Assembly (NCBI RefSeq): GCF_009914755.1 | Contig: NC_060945.1 | Length of the DNA: 64,000 nt | Reading direction: 5' to 3' (one strand) | DNA from: the human T2T-CHM13v2.0 reference genome, Homo sapiens | Part shown: piece after piece, positions 34,760-46,968 of the stretch | Position numbering within the stretch: the stretch's first letter is position 1 | How the letters are laid out: the number at the start of each line of letters is the position of its first letter | The notes under the pieces: generated by a model | The model's database searches: none | What the model was told of the DNA's origin: nothing | Seen by the model: only the letters and a program-made list of their open reading frames with translations | Position numbers and translations under genes: made by a program

Positions 34760-35862
34760 TTCCCACCTGCCTCATTACCTTACGGTGACACCCCTCCCCC
34801 CACCCCCACCCTGAGGGGCTGCAGTGTGATAATTCTGGGAAGAGCTTCAGAACCTATCTGTCCTGCATGCTAATCCAAGTTTCCAAGTGATTTTATGTGC
34901 ATTTTCTCATCCAGTGCTCCCAACAATTACAGCTTGTCTTTCACTAACCGAAAGCATTCTTCTCTATCCCTCCCAGTAATTCCTGCAGGGCATAACCTGT
35001 GAGGAAAAGATTAGAGATGGCTAATATTTTGGGTATAATGAACGAAGCCAGCTTCAGTTTATTTTCATTAAACACAATTCCCATTTCCAGGTGTTTGTTA
35101 GTTTTGGTGAACATCACAGGATGGCCTTTCCCCGGTAAGTGCAGCAATCCATCTGTTGTAAGGAGCACCTCTGCACTCAGACCTCCTGATGTGGAAGTGC
35201 TTCAAGGTAAAAGCAGGCTTCCCAAAGCTTGCGTTGATTGTAACTGTAGTGAAAGTTAGAAACAAAAGCCAGTAGTTACTGAGAACAGAAGTTGAGCACC
35301 AGACCTCGGATATAGCATAGGGGTATGGAAGATCTTATAGAACAAGAGGAAAAAACAAGGCATTTTCTTTGAAAAGGAAGGTGGAGGCCCAATTGAGACA
35401 GGCTGAAATTCACCCAAGAGGGGAGATTATCAAAGAGATGCATATTGAAGACGTCCTTTGATGTCAGGGTGAAGTAGTATGGTGACTAAAATATTAGAAC
35501 TATCTCTAGAGGGCAGCTGGGGATGTCTGCTCCTATTAATCCACTAGAGTCTAGACCTGAAAGGCTCATGGGGGCCCTTCCCCAACCCTCTGCTCTCACT
35601 TCCCAAGGCTATAAGTGGCCATGATCTGTGCTGAATCCCCACTGCAGGGAACATTCCAGAACAAGGATTGACACATCTCTGTGATACACTACTTGTTCTC
35701 TCATATTCTTGATAGTTGGTCCTGAGCCAAGTATTCTAGCAAAGATGGTGCAGCACAGAAAATTCTCAGGTTTCATTTTCCATTTAGGGAATGTGGGAGC
35801 TCTGGTCAGAGACCCACAGATGACCCCAACCTCAAAGCTGGCCAGCTGTGCTGCACCCATGG

Positions 35863-35952
35863 GGAGAAGGAGATGAGGCCTGCATGCTGTGGCAGACACA
35901 GGTGGGTGGAGAAGTAGATGAGGCCTGCATGCTGTGGTGGACACAGGTGGGT
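35863..35952. repeat. 2 x 45-bp tandem duplication
   Basis: ggagaag(g/t)agatgaggcctgcatgctgtgg(ca/tg)gacacaggtgggt twice. Confidence 0.95.
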
Positions 35953-36087
35953 ATTGTCAGCATCCTGCTGTCTTCACAGTGAGAGCCCTTTCAGAGAGTC
36001 CCAAATCCAAGCCAGCCTCCTTCAACCATCCCTGGAGAGGTGGATCTCATAGCATCTGCCAAGAGTCTTGTGCTTAACTGTGTATCA

Positions 36088-36550
36088 CGACAGACTCTTT
36101 CCCTGACCAGACTTTAGGCAGGCCCCTCTCTAAGCTCTTCTCAACTAAGCCCTGACTTTGGAGCATTTTTTCTTGTCTCTGCCTTCTCCAGTTTTAGCAA
36201 GAATCCTGCTTAGTTTGGCTATCCTGGGTATCTGATCACCCTAACTATCTGATCAGGTTTCTCCTTCACCAACCCCCAGGTGGTTGTCTGATCACCCTGG
36301 TCTGTGTTCAGCAAGAGTCATGTTCAGGTGATGTAGCCAGAATGCCCCTTACCCTTGATGTCTCCTGTAAATAATATTCCATCCACTGATCCCCACCTCA
36401 CTACCTGGCTATAAACTCCCATTTGTTTTTTGTATTTGGAATTGTGCCCAATCTCTCTCGCCCACTTCAAAATGCAATTGCAGGGTCTCTATGGCTCTGA
36501 ATAAAGTCTGCCTTACTGCCTTATCAAAGGTCATTTTTTTTTCTTTAACA
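36088..36550 (+). mobile_element. MER31-like ERV1 solo LTR
   Basis: gacagactct...ttttagcaagaatcctgct...tctgatcaccct (repeated)...ggctataaa...aataaagtct...tctttaaca. Confidence 0.75.
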
Positions 36551-37084
36551 ATAACACTGAACTCTTCCCCGAGGTTAAACCAAGGAACATTCTCAAAATT
36601 ATATCCAATTATCTTCCTAAAAACAAAAGGGAGTTGCTGTATAACTGGTCTTCATTTCTTCCCTAGACAAAACAAAAAGTAGACTTGAACATTTCTTAAA
36701 AGACTGGTCTCCTTAAATTCTTTTAGTTTCTCTTCATTTTTATCAAAATATAAAAACCAAATTCAGAATCAGTTTCTCAACTTTTCAATATTTTCTTTCT
36801 CTATTGGCATCTCAGCATCAAAGTATTAAAGTAGTGCCGTGAGACTCACACCTCCAATGGCTAGGAAATTGGCCAGCTTAGGCACCAATACTGCACCCAA
36901 GTCTGGAACTGTAGAATACAGTGATGATCTTGTATTGACTTTGAAACTCATCTGTAAGAGTTATTCGAGTTTTTTCCATGGAAAAAGAATGCAATATTGT
37001 CAAAATTGCTGATAACGGCCAAGTCAGGGCTCACAGCCCTTACCGTCTTTCAGAACAGTTGGGGGTGTAGAAAAAGAAACTACA

Positions 37085-37300
37085 GCTAACACTCAGCACC
37101 TGCAAATGGCCAGGTGCAGCTCTAAACCTTATTTGTGTGAAAACTCACTTAATTGTCACAACAACCCTACAGGAGGCGAATGTTATTATGGGATCCCCAT
37201 CTTCCAGATGAAAAAAACTGAGGCACAGAAAGGTTAGTTAGGCAGCCCTAACCATGTGGCTGGTAAGAAGAACAGAGCTTCAAAGCCTGAGATAGTCATA
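37085..37300 (-). mobile_element. MIR
   Basis: cacaacaaccctac...ccccatcttccagatgaaaaaaactgaggcacagaaaggtt. Confidence 0.7.
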
Positions 37301-38633
37301 ACCTAGCTAGGAAAACTTTTTAGTTGTTACTAAACAGATGCAGAGGCATATTGAAAGTAAAAGTAAAATGCAAAAACAGAAGAGGTAGAAAGGGTGCCAA
37401 GGTGAGAAGTTGGCAGTCTTTTCTTCTGGAAACTTCCAGGAGATTTAGAATGAAAGAAAGAAAGCAGCCAAGGGGATCATGGTAAACACGAGGCAGCCTG
37501 GACATGGCATAGCACCCCCAGGCTGCCGGACTCCAGGGCATGCCCAAGGGTAGCTGCAGAGTCAAACTAAACCAAGAAACAGAGTTGGGCAGTGTAAAGA
37601 GCTGTAGGCTTCACGCAGTGGGAGACAGGCCACCCAGCCCACATGAGGGACAGAAAGCCACTTAAGGGCACGAGCTTTCATTAGCATAGAACCATGCTGC
37701 CCATTTTACCAGGTATTTTCATTGAGCAGGCCATGGGCTGGGTGTCCTATAAGGCAGGCCTGGGTTCCTCTTCAGGCTGCTGTCATAACGCAGTTCTGAG
37801 CTGCAATGATTGAAACGGATGGAGGAGGGAGTATTGGGAATAAACAAGAGTGAAGGTCATCTCAAAGCACCTTTTACATTTTTCCCGAAAGGTGGAGTTT
37901 TGAAAGCAGAACCCCTTGAAAATGTGTTCTTGTGCATGCTATTCCTTCAGACTGTGAGCAATTTCTCCTCTCCGCACCTACACGGGGGAAGGCTTCCGGA
38001 CCAGGTTTCTGCAAAGAGCACTTGCGTGGTTCATAAAAGCAACACCAGAACTCACTCACTCTGCCTTCTCCATCCCTCTGGGCATGGCTCATTTCCATCT
38101 TAACTGCATCTCTAAGTAAATCAAGAGCCAGCGAAAGGAAGTATGAAGATATAGTGGGGAACCTTGAACAATTCCTTTTTTACTCCCAATTACTTTAGGT
38201 AAAACTCTGAATCCAACTTGTTTTATTTGTGATGCTATTGTTACAGCCTCAAAACCTGTTTTGACTTGGAAAGGCATTCCAAATAGGTACACTGGGAACT
38301 CAACCTAAAATAGCCAGTTAATTTTACACGCACATTTTATTTTCAGGGAACGTGCGTATGTCGCATACAATGGAGGGGAAAATGGAGACTGGAGTTTATG
38401 ATGTAATCTTTATGCGAATTTTATTATTTCATAAAATGTGAATACGTTCATGGGAAAGAGGCCATGAAACATATTCACTTTTGCTACACATGCTGATAAC
38501 TTCAAAGTCAGGTGGACGGGAATTGACACAGAATTTTCATAATAAGGGCTGATAAAATGTGCTATTGTGTCAACACATACTTCTAGCTTCTGTTTTTAAA
38601 TGTTTTGCTAGTAATAGGTTTAAAAAGTGATTT

Positions 38634-38936
38634 GTTTCTGTTTTTTTCTTTTTGAGATGGAGATTTGCTCTTTTCCCCCAGGCTGGAGTGCAATGGTGTG
38701 ATCTTGGTTCATTGCTACCTCCACCTCCTGGGTGCAAGCGATTTTCCTGCCTCAGCTTCCTGAGTAGCTGGGATTACAGGCACCCGTCACCGTGCCTGGC
38801 TAATTTTTGCACTTTTAATAGAGACGGGGTTTCACCATGTTGGCCAGGCTGGTCTCGAACTCCCGACCTCAGGTGATCCACTCATCTTGGCCTCCCAAAG
38901 TGCTGGGATTATAGGCATAAGCCACTGTGCCCAGCC
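38634..38936 (-). mobile_element. AluS (Sq/Sp-like)
   Basis: antisense full Alu. Confidence 0.95.
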
Positions 38937-39394
38937 TGATTTAATGGTTATTGCCTATCTCTTTCCTCTCAGTTATAGGCATGTCAGACCTGTGTCCTAT
39001 ACCTCCTGCTGCGGGTGGCTCTGCATAGAGCTCAGGCAGTTTTAGGAACTGTCTTAGTTCCCTCAGCAGGAGCCCTGCCCATGTCCAACTGCCTGTCTTG
39101 GTTTGGTGGCCTCCCCAGCCAAATTCCCTCTTCCTCTCTGTATCATACAACCTCCCCCTTCCCAAATACAGATAACTGCCGGAATGGTGGGCATCTGCTG
39201 TGCTGTGCAACGTGGTTCCCTTTGTGGGTGTTACTCACGCAAATCACGTCCTCTCGTGGCTGCCACCATTATGGACCAGGGCCCGTAACAAATTCCATAA
39301 CTTCACAGGATTTGCCTTAAGAAATAACGATTGCCATAATCGCCGCGGTGGTGGACCCTGTCCCGGAGAGCTGTCTTCTGTCAAATAAAAAGCA

Positions 39395-39672
39395 GCTCCT
39401 GCTGGAGGCATTGCTCACTCCCAGCAGCCCACAGTCAGTAACTGGCTGACCTAGGGGTCAAAGCATTGGCCCTATTGCCACAGGTGGATCATATCCCTGC
39501 AGGGCGCTCTGTGCGCCAGAGCCAGCCTGTGAGGTCAGACAGAGGCCAGTCCCCAGCTGAAACCACATCCCTGACTTACGCAGCTCCCCACCTAACCCTT
39601 GTTCAACCAATCCTTCATCAGTCCCTCGCACGAGAACCCCCTTCTCAGGTTCTACTTCTAGGAAACCCAGCT
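39395..39672 (+). mobile_element. LTR16-like LTR
   Basis: gagaaccccttctcaggttctacttctaggaaaccca 3' end. Confidence 0.55.
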
Positions 39673-40083
39673 GTTTACATTTCTGAGGGCTGCCATAACA
39701 AACTTCCACATGTCTGGTTGCTTTAAACAATAGAAATTTGGTCCAAAATTGAGATGTAGGCAGTGTTAATTCCCATGCCTCTCTTAGCTTCTGGTATCTG
39801 CCAGCAATCTTTGGCATACTTTGGCTTGTAGACACACAACTCCAATTTCTACCTCCGTCTTCACATGGCCTTCTTCTCCCTGTGTCTTCATGTCTAAATT
39901 TCCATCTCCTCTCTCTTAGAAGGACACCAGTCCTTGGATTTAGGGCTTATAGTAAGTCCAGGCTGATCTCATCTCCAGATCCTAACTTAATTACATCTGC
40001 AAATACTCTATTTCAAAATAAGGTCAGATTCTGAGGTACCAGGAGAACACGAATGTTTGGGAAACACTGTTCAACCCACTACA
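39673..40083 (-). mobile_element. MLT1C-like LTR
   Basis: gggctgccataacaaa...aaggacaccagtc...ttacatctgcaaa...ttcaacccactaca. Confidence 0.85.
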
Positions 40084-41409
40084 CCAACCTAACACATTTC
40101 AGCAAAGTGCCTACAAGCCAAGGTAAGTAAGCAAAAGAAAGCACAGGCCCCTGATTTTCCCTCTGATGCCATAGAAAGGCATTTGGGCCAAGACACTGTG
40201 GTGGGCAGGCAGTGTGGCTGTGAATTCTAGGGGAAGTTCCCCTCTGCTAGGCTGCCTGCCCTTTAAACAAGGCAAGTGTGAGAGCAATCTTGTAAGTAAG
40301 GGAATAATCCAGCTACCGGGGCACCAGGCAGGATGAATTTAGATGTCAGCTGTTTGAAGCAACTGTTTGGAAAGTCCAGATCCCCAGAATACGGAAGCCT
40401 TGAAGACACAGTAGAAGCTGGGTTCAGATGCATCCCCCCTACCCTGAAAAAGGAAGATATTGGTCCCATGGGAAGCTGAAATTGGGTTGAGGCTTCCCCA
40501 CTGGGAACAAGGGGAAGTGCTAGCTGAGATGCTGTCCAACAACCAGAAGGGAGCTTCCAGAGCACTTTAAGACAACAGTGCTTTGCACACCACATCATAC
40601 AGGACAGGCGGCCTGTGACTTAGTTACTATGAGAGTTCTGCCCTAAGACCAATCTTTTTTCTCTCTCTCTGAGATTTTAATAAAAGATGTAGAGTGAAAG
40701 AGCATAGAAGTGATAGAGGGGAAGAACAAGCATAATTCATAGTGGAAAGTGATGTGAGAGAGACATAGACAGAGGCTGGTGTGCTGGGAATCAAACTGAG
40801 TGAAGTTAATGGTCAGGTGAAGCTCCGTGGGTTGTACATGAAGGAGCAATGGAACAGCATGGGCTCCAGACTGCCTGGGAGCTCAAACAGCCTTCCAGGC
40901 TCCACTTTCGGAAAGGTACACATGAGTGACAGTTCCTTTCCTTCTTTGTTGCCTGGCCATGTGGTTGATGATCCTAGCATCTTCGTTTCTAAATGTGTCT
41001 CATAACCTGCAGAGACATGAGTCAGTCTTATTCCAGTTCATCTAAATGAACCAACAAAATGTCTCATAAAAATATGAAGATAAAATTAATCTGAATATGT
41101 GAAACTATATTAAAAAGCCTAAAGTTCTGTACAAATGGAACACATTATTAGACATAAATAAGTCATGTTCATACTGGAAGCCACATTCATCATCACTTAG
41201 TTCTATCACTTACTTCATCATCACTTACTTCTATCTCGGTGAGTCTGAGATTCAGCTTAAACATCTTACCATGATCATGGAACAGATTCAACAAAGATCT
41301 CCTGAATATCCTCAAAAAATAGCATAAGATAAACCATCCAAGGTCCTTTACTGCTATTATTCATCTCTCATTCAGTTATGCATTCATTCACTACATGGAG
41401 ACTAAGGAA

Positions 41410-41488
41410 TGAAAATGAGCAAAATTATTATGTAATAATTATATAACATATAATTATAATTTTTACAAAATAATTTTGCTCATTTTCA
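41410..41488. repeat. 79-bp near-perfect inverted repeat (34-bp arms, 11-nt spacer)
   Basis: tgaaaatgagcaaaattattatgtaataattata / tataatttttacaaaataattttgctcattttca; 32 of 34 positions pair. Confidence 0.95.
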
Positions 41489-41509
41489 AACCCAATCTGA
41501 CCCCTTGTT

Positions 41510-42843
41510 GGGTTTGTATCATAATCCCAAAAGACACAATCACAAATGCCATGATCCCAAAAATTGAAATCCTGAAAGATTGAAATCCCTAAAGACCAAA
41601 AATCTCAAAGTTCAAATCCCTAAAGCCTAAAATCCCTAATATCTAAAATCTTGAAAATCACTATCAGAAAATAGTTGCATCATGTTAGGCAGATCTAGCC
41701 ATCTTGTTATTAAGCATGGTTTAAGGCGAGGAATATGGGTGCCAAGTTACCCACGTTGACCAGTAGTGACTTAATGTGGTCACCAGTGGACTTAATGTTA
41801 GGTGTTAACTTGATTAAGAACTGAAGGAATACCTAGAAACCTGGTAAAGTATTATTTTGAGTGTGTCTGTGAGGGTATTTCCAGAAGAGGTTACCGTATG
41901 AATCTGGGTGGACTAAGTGAGGAAGATTTGCCTTCCATGTTGTCAGGTGCACCATCCAATTCGCTGGGCACCAGGAAAGAACAAATACAGAAGGCAAATT
42001 GGAAAAAGCTGTCAGCAACAAAAGCTTACAACGGATTCTGAGGCACAGATCCCTCTCTCTGAGAGCTGGGACAGATGTTTCTTCTGCTGCCTTGGACATC
42101 AGAACTCTAGGTTCGCCAACCTTTGGACTCTAGGAACTTACACCAGCAGCTCCCAGGATCCTGAGGTTTTCAACCTTGGACTGAGAGACACATCGTCGGC
42201 ATCCCTGGTTCTCAAAGTATAAACATTGGAACTTCCTCAATAAATGAAGAGATGTCCTTTTTGTACATTTGTATCTGTGAAAGATGCAATTTCTGGAGAT
42301 CTTGGTTCTTTGGGCGATTGCAAATGCGGTGGCGAACCTTTGCAGTTTTGATTGACTCGTCAAAAGACTAAGGTTGTTCATCATGGTATTTCAGACGACT
42401 GTAGTTAGAAAGCTGGGTGCACACAATAACCAACCATAGTGATGTGAATTTATACATTTCCCTTTTTAGCCTGTTTCTTTATGAATATGTGCTGTCTGTT
42501 CCTAACTGTTATGCTCATGTGACTATCATTAGTATACCTGAGTGTTTATGCTTGCAAAAATATTTATGTTATTATTGCTTATTTTATTGTGTAAAGTGGC
42601 CTATCATGTTTCTCGATGATGTTTTTATGTTTTTCCAATAAATCCCCCTTTAAAAATATAAATAAATACCTCTAATATAATTTTTTATATTATTTCTTCC
42701 AGAATTATAATTTGGGGATTTGATCTTTCAGTGTTGTTATTTTCAGGATTTTAGACTTTGCAAATTTTGACTTTCTAGGATTTCAACATTCAAGATTATG
42801 GTGTTCTAGGTACTGTGTCTTTCAGGATTATGATCAGCTGCCC
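41510..42843 (+). mobile_element. Ricksha (MULE/MuDR non-autonomous DNA transposon) with internal MLT2B LTR segment (~41790-42215)
   Basis: left end gggtttgtatcataatcccaaaagacaca and right end tgtgtctttcaggattatgatc form imperfect TIRs with aaatccc/gggattt subterminal repeats; MLT2-like interior (gtgtctgtgagggt...gccttggacatcagaactc). Confidence 0.8.
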
Positions 42844-42869
42844 ACTTCTATTTGCGGATGAGACAGATT

Positions 42870-43280
42870 TAATCAAATAGTCATAGAAATGAAAGAAAAA
42901 TCACAACTTTGATAAGTACTACAAAGAAGATCTCTGATGCTCTGAGATAATACAAGAGGGTAAATTGATCTATTAGGAGGTTGCAGTTGTGGAGCAGGGG
43001 TTGTGAGGGCCAGAGGAAGGAGAAAGGCCCTGCAGACAGAGAGCATATGATGTGTGCACATCCCTTAGACAGGAGGAGTCATTGTGGACTAGCAGAAGAG
43101 AAAAGAGCACAGAAAGCCAGATGGAGCATGATTTAAGGTGAAGGTGGAAATTCTCTGGGGAGAAGGCTGTTCAGGGCCTTGGGGACCAACGTAAGGATCC
43201 TGGTCTTTGTTCTATGAGCAATGGGCAGCAAGGAGCATATTTCAAGCAAGAGATTAATATAATGAGAGTGTTCTTCTTAA
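42870..43280 (-). mobile_element. L2 fragment
   Basis: purine-rich antisense L2 pattern (aagga...ctttgttctatgagcaatggg...tttcaagcaagag). Confidence 0.5.
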
Positions 43281-43463
43281 AAAATTACATGTGGCTTTTA
43301 ATTCAAGATGGTAGAATGAGCTATTGATATTCCCTTTAAGCTTCCTTAAAATAAGAGTAATGAGCTAAGAAAAGAGGGAAAATCATTATGGCAAAGAAAA
43401 CAGGAAAAGCTGTCAGCAACCAAAAGATGTCAGCAGATTCTGAAGCACCGATCTCTCTCACTA

Positions 43464-43820
43464 TATCTTAGTCTGCTGGACTGCTTTCACAAAAATACCA
43501 TAGACTGGATGACTTATAAACAACATGTATTTCTCACAGTTCTGGAGGCCAAGAAGTCTAAGATCAAGGCACTGGCAGGTTCAGTGTCTGGTGAGGGTTC
43601 ATTGCTCATAGTTGGCGCCTTCATGCTGTGTCCCTAGATGATGGAAGGGGCCAATGAGCTCCCTTGGGCTTCTTTTATAAGGGCTCGAATTCCACTGATG
43701 AGAGCTCCACACTTATGACCTAATCACCTCTCAAAGACTGCACCTTTTACTACCATCACATTGGGGATTAGGTTACAACATATAAATTTGGTGGGAGCCG
43801 AAAACCTTCAGACAACAGCA
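43464..43820 (-). mobile_element. MLT1A0-like LTR
   Basis: tcttagtc...agatcaaggc...gtgtctggtgaggg...atgacctaatcacctc...cagacaacagca. Confidence 0.85.
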
Positions 43821-44814
43821 CATCATAAAGCAACAAAGACTATTCCATAACCCTTGCCCACTTATATAAGTTTCCTTCCTATCTGCTCAATCTTTAATAT
43901 AAATGGAAATCAACAGCCATCAGATATTCAAGGAATGCTTGCATCATGAAGGAGGAAGACCAAGGCAACAAATATAAAAATACAAACGTTGGATGAAACA
44001 CAATTCAGAAAACGGGAGAAAACGAAAATAATCATCATCATCATCATTAAGAATTCCAGGAGATAATCTATTTGTAAGACAAAAATAGAATTGTGATGAA
44101 GAATGTGAAAGAGACACTAAGATAAATAAAATACAGAATGAGAAGACTAAATAGATAACTAACTGGAATCTCAGGAATATAAAAGAAAATCATTAAAAAG
44201 ATACAATTTTTAGAACTATCAGAAAATATGTATTAAAAATCCCAAAAGTACAATATACTGAGATAAATAAAATCAGAATATATAAAAAGAAATTTGTGTC
44301 CAAACACACTTTGACAAAATTACAGAACATCAAAAACAAAGAGGAGATCTTAAATGAAGCCATAGAGCAAGGACAAACAGCCTACAAAAAGGAAACAATT
44401 TAAATGACTTCAGACTTTCCAACAGCACTAATGAAAGCTAGAAGATAATGATATTTTACCTCCAAAGTACAAAGGGAAAATATATAGTCAGTACAGAATT
44501 GTGTGCCCAGCCAAATACTCTTTTATGAAAAAGATAAAACAAGGATGGGTAAAGATAACAAAAACTGAGAGGGTATGCCACAAAGAAACCTGAAATAAAG
44601 AAAATTCTAAAGGATATGCTTCAAGAAAAAGGAACACGACCTTAAAAAGATGGTTTGGGATCCAAGTAAGAATGAACAAATGAAATTATAAAACAGTAAG
44701 CAAATCCAAAGAAATAACATCTGAATAAGCTAATAATAAAATAATACCTAGTATCTGGGTTAAAAAAAAATAAATATATAGAAGTAGAGAAAACAACAGG
44801 AGCATGTAAGTTTT

Positions 44815-44878
44815 GTTTGATTGTTTCTTTGTTTTTGAGACGGAGTCCTGCTCTGTCACCCAGCCACCGTGCCTGGCC
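44815..44878 (-). mobile_element. internally deleted 64-bp Alu remnant
   Basis: tail + gagacggagtcctgctctgtcacccag fused to ccaccgtgcctggcc; TSD cag(g/a)agcatgta(a/g)gtttt. Confidence 0.9.
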
Positions 44879-45210
44879 CAGAAGCATGTAGGTTTTGAGG
44901 TGAGTGTTCAGAATCAAAATGCTCCAAAACCTGCTGTTGTTTTCTGTTTGCTTTTCATGGAAGAAGGTGCTTAGGTTATTGCTTAATTGCAGACTTTTGC
45001 TAATTTAAATGTACATGGTAAATTTCCAAGGTAACATCTAAATAAATGGAAATAGAATATATACATTCTAAGTAAGTACAGTAAAAGTAAAAAAGAAAAA
45101 CTTATTAAACAAAGAAAGAAGGATGTATAAGGATGATAAAGTGTGACAAATAGAAGTCAAAAGTAAGGTGTGAAAAGAAGTTCAGTATATCAAAAATCAT
45201 AAAGAATGTG

Positions 45211-45540
<330 letters not shown>

Positions 45541-45959
45541 CTAAACTTGTGTTTGAATAATCCTGCCCATGGAAGGGCTCAGAAAAGATGGAATAGCTAA
45601 CTATTGTTTTCTACTATATTAGACTTTTGACTTTTTAACCTTGATCATTTTGGTGTATTTTTAAAAATGGGAATGAAAGGTATTTTGGGCTGAAGTATGA
45701 AAGAAGGAGAGTAGAGAGAGGCAAGACGGGCTATTAGGATGTTATTACCATAGCCTGACTGACTGATGATAAACACACTTAAACTTTTTAAAAACTTCCT
45801 CAATCATTTCATGGAATGGATTCTGACGAAGAGAAATTTTGGTTCAGACGTCAGTATTAATTTTTAATATGTATTGCCAAATTTATCTGAAGGAAGTTTA
45901 TACCCTTCAATGCTGTTACACATTTATAACATTTTCTTGTAAAAGTACTCATTGCATGC

Positions 45960-46375
45960 GTATCAAATTCAGGCACTATTCCAGTTTACAATAGGGAATA
46001 AGAGAGGCGAAGCTGCTGTCCTCATGGATCTGCCATTCCAGTGGGGAAAGGTGAGGAAGACAAATGGTATAAAAAGCAAATCAATAAATAATTTTATATG
46101 ATAAAAAGTTAAGAGGAAAATAAAATAGGTGAGTTGATGGGAGGTGACTTCAGAATACATAGTAAGTGAAGGACCCTTAGCCAGGACTTGAGTGACCTGG
46201 AGGGACAGCCGGGCCTGGCAAAGGGATGGCAGTGTAAAGAGCCTGAAGTGGAATTACCTGGGTATCACCAAGGAATAGAAAAATGCCCATGTGGCCACTG
46301 CATAGTGAGCAGAGGGCTGGGTGGGGTAAGGAAGGTGTGCAGAGACCAGATGGTAAGGAGCTTGGGTTTTCTTTA
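45960..46375 (-). mobile_element. L2 3' region
   Basis: caggcactatt...ctgtcctcatggatct...gaggtgactt...gtaaggagcttggg. Confidence 0.6.
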
Positions 46376-46866
46376 AAAAAGACAACTAAGATTTATATAT
46401 ACAGCTATATCCATGGGAAGGAAAAAACAGACACCTGATGTACAGATCAAATTCAGAAGTGTGTCCTCATTCACACCATGTAGGAATCTCACCTTTACAA
46501 GCAGAGTTAGGAGCCTAGGGCTTTCTACATGCATCTTCTCAATTATAACAATCGCAGATGTAGATGTCATCGTCTCCATTTGAATGTCAAGGAAGCAGAG
46601 CCAGACAAGTCACACTGCTTGTAAATAGCAGAATCTGGCCTTAAATGCAAGTTGTGCTGAAGCACGTGTTCTTTCCAAACAAAGTTCCAGAGCCCATGTT
46701 CTTTCTATCAGAAGCTAAGGGACCACCCACCTGCATACTGGCATGATGAGGCTCTAGAAACTGACATGCAACCTCTTGGCCACCTAAACTTTGTAAAGGT
46801 GACTTGGGTTTCAGTATTTTACTTACCATTTATAATTTTGTGCCTCACCTATTTCCAAATATAAAC

Positions 46867-46867
<1 letters not shown>

Positions 46868-46904
<37 letters not shown>
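46868..46904. repeat. (TG)n(TA)n compound microsatellite
   Basis: read directly. Confidence 0.95.
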
Positions 46905-46906
<2 letters not shown>

Positions 46907-46968
46907 CCTGTTATCCTATTTATGAACTAAAAATATTATAAGAAACTTGAAAAGTCAAGTGTGTGGAG

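Noticed and set aside
34700-34760. CTCF-like cccagatggcac
   Set aside because: Mismatches in the 5' core; too weak to call.
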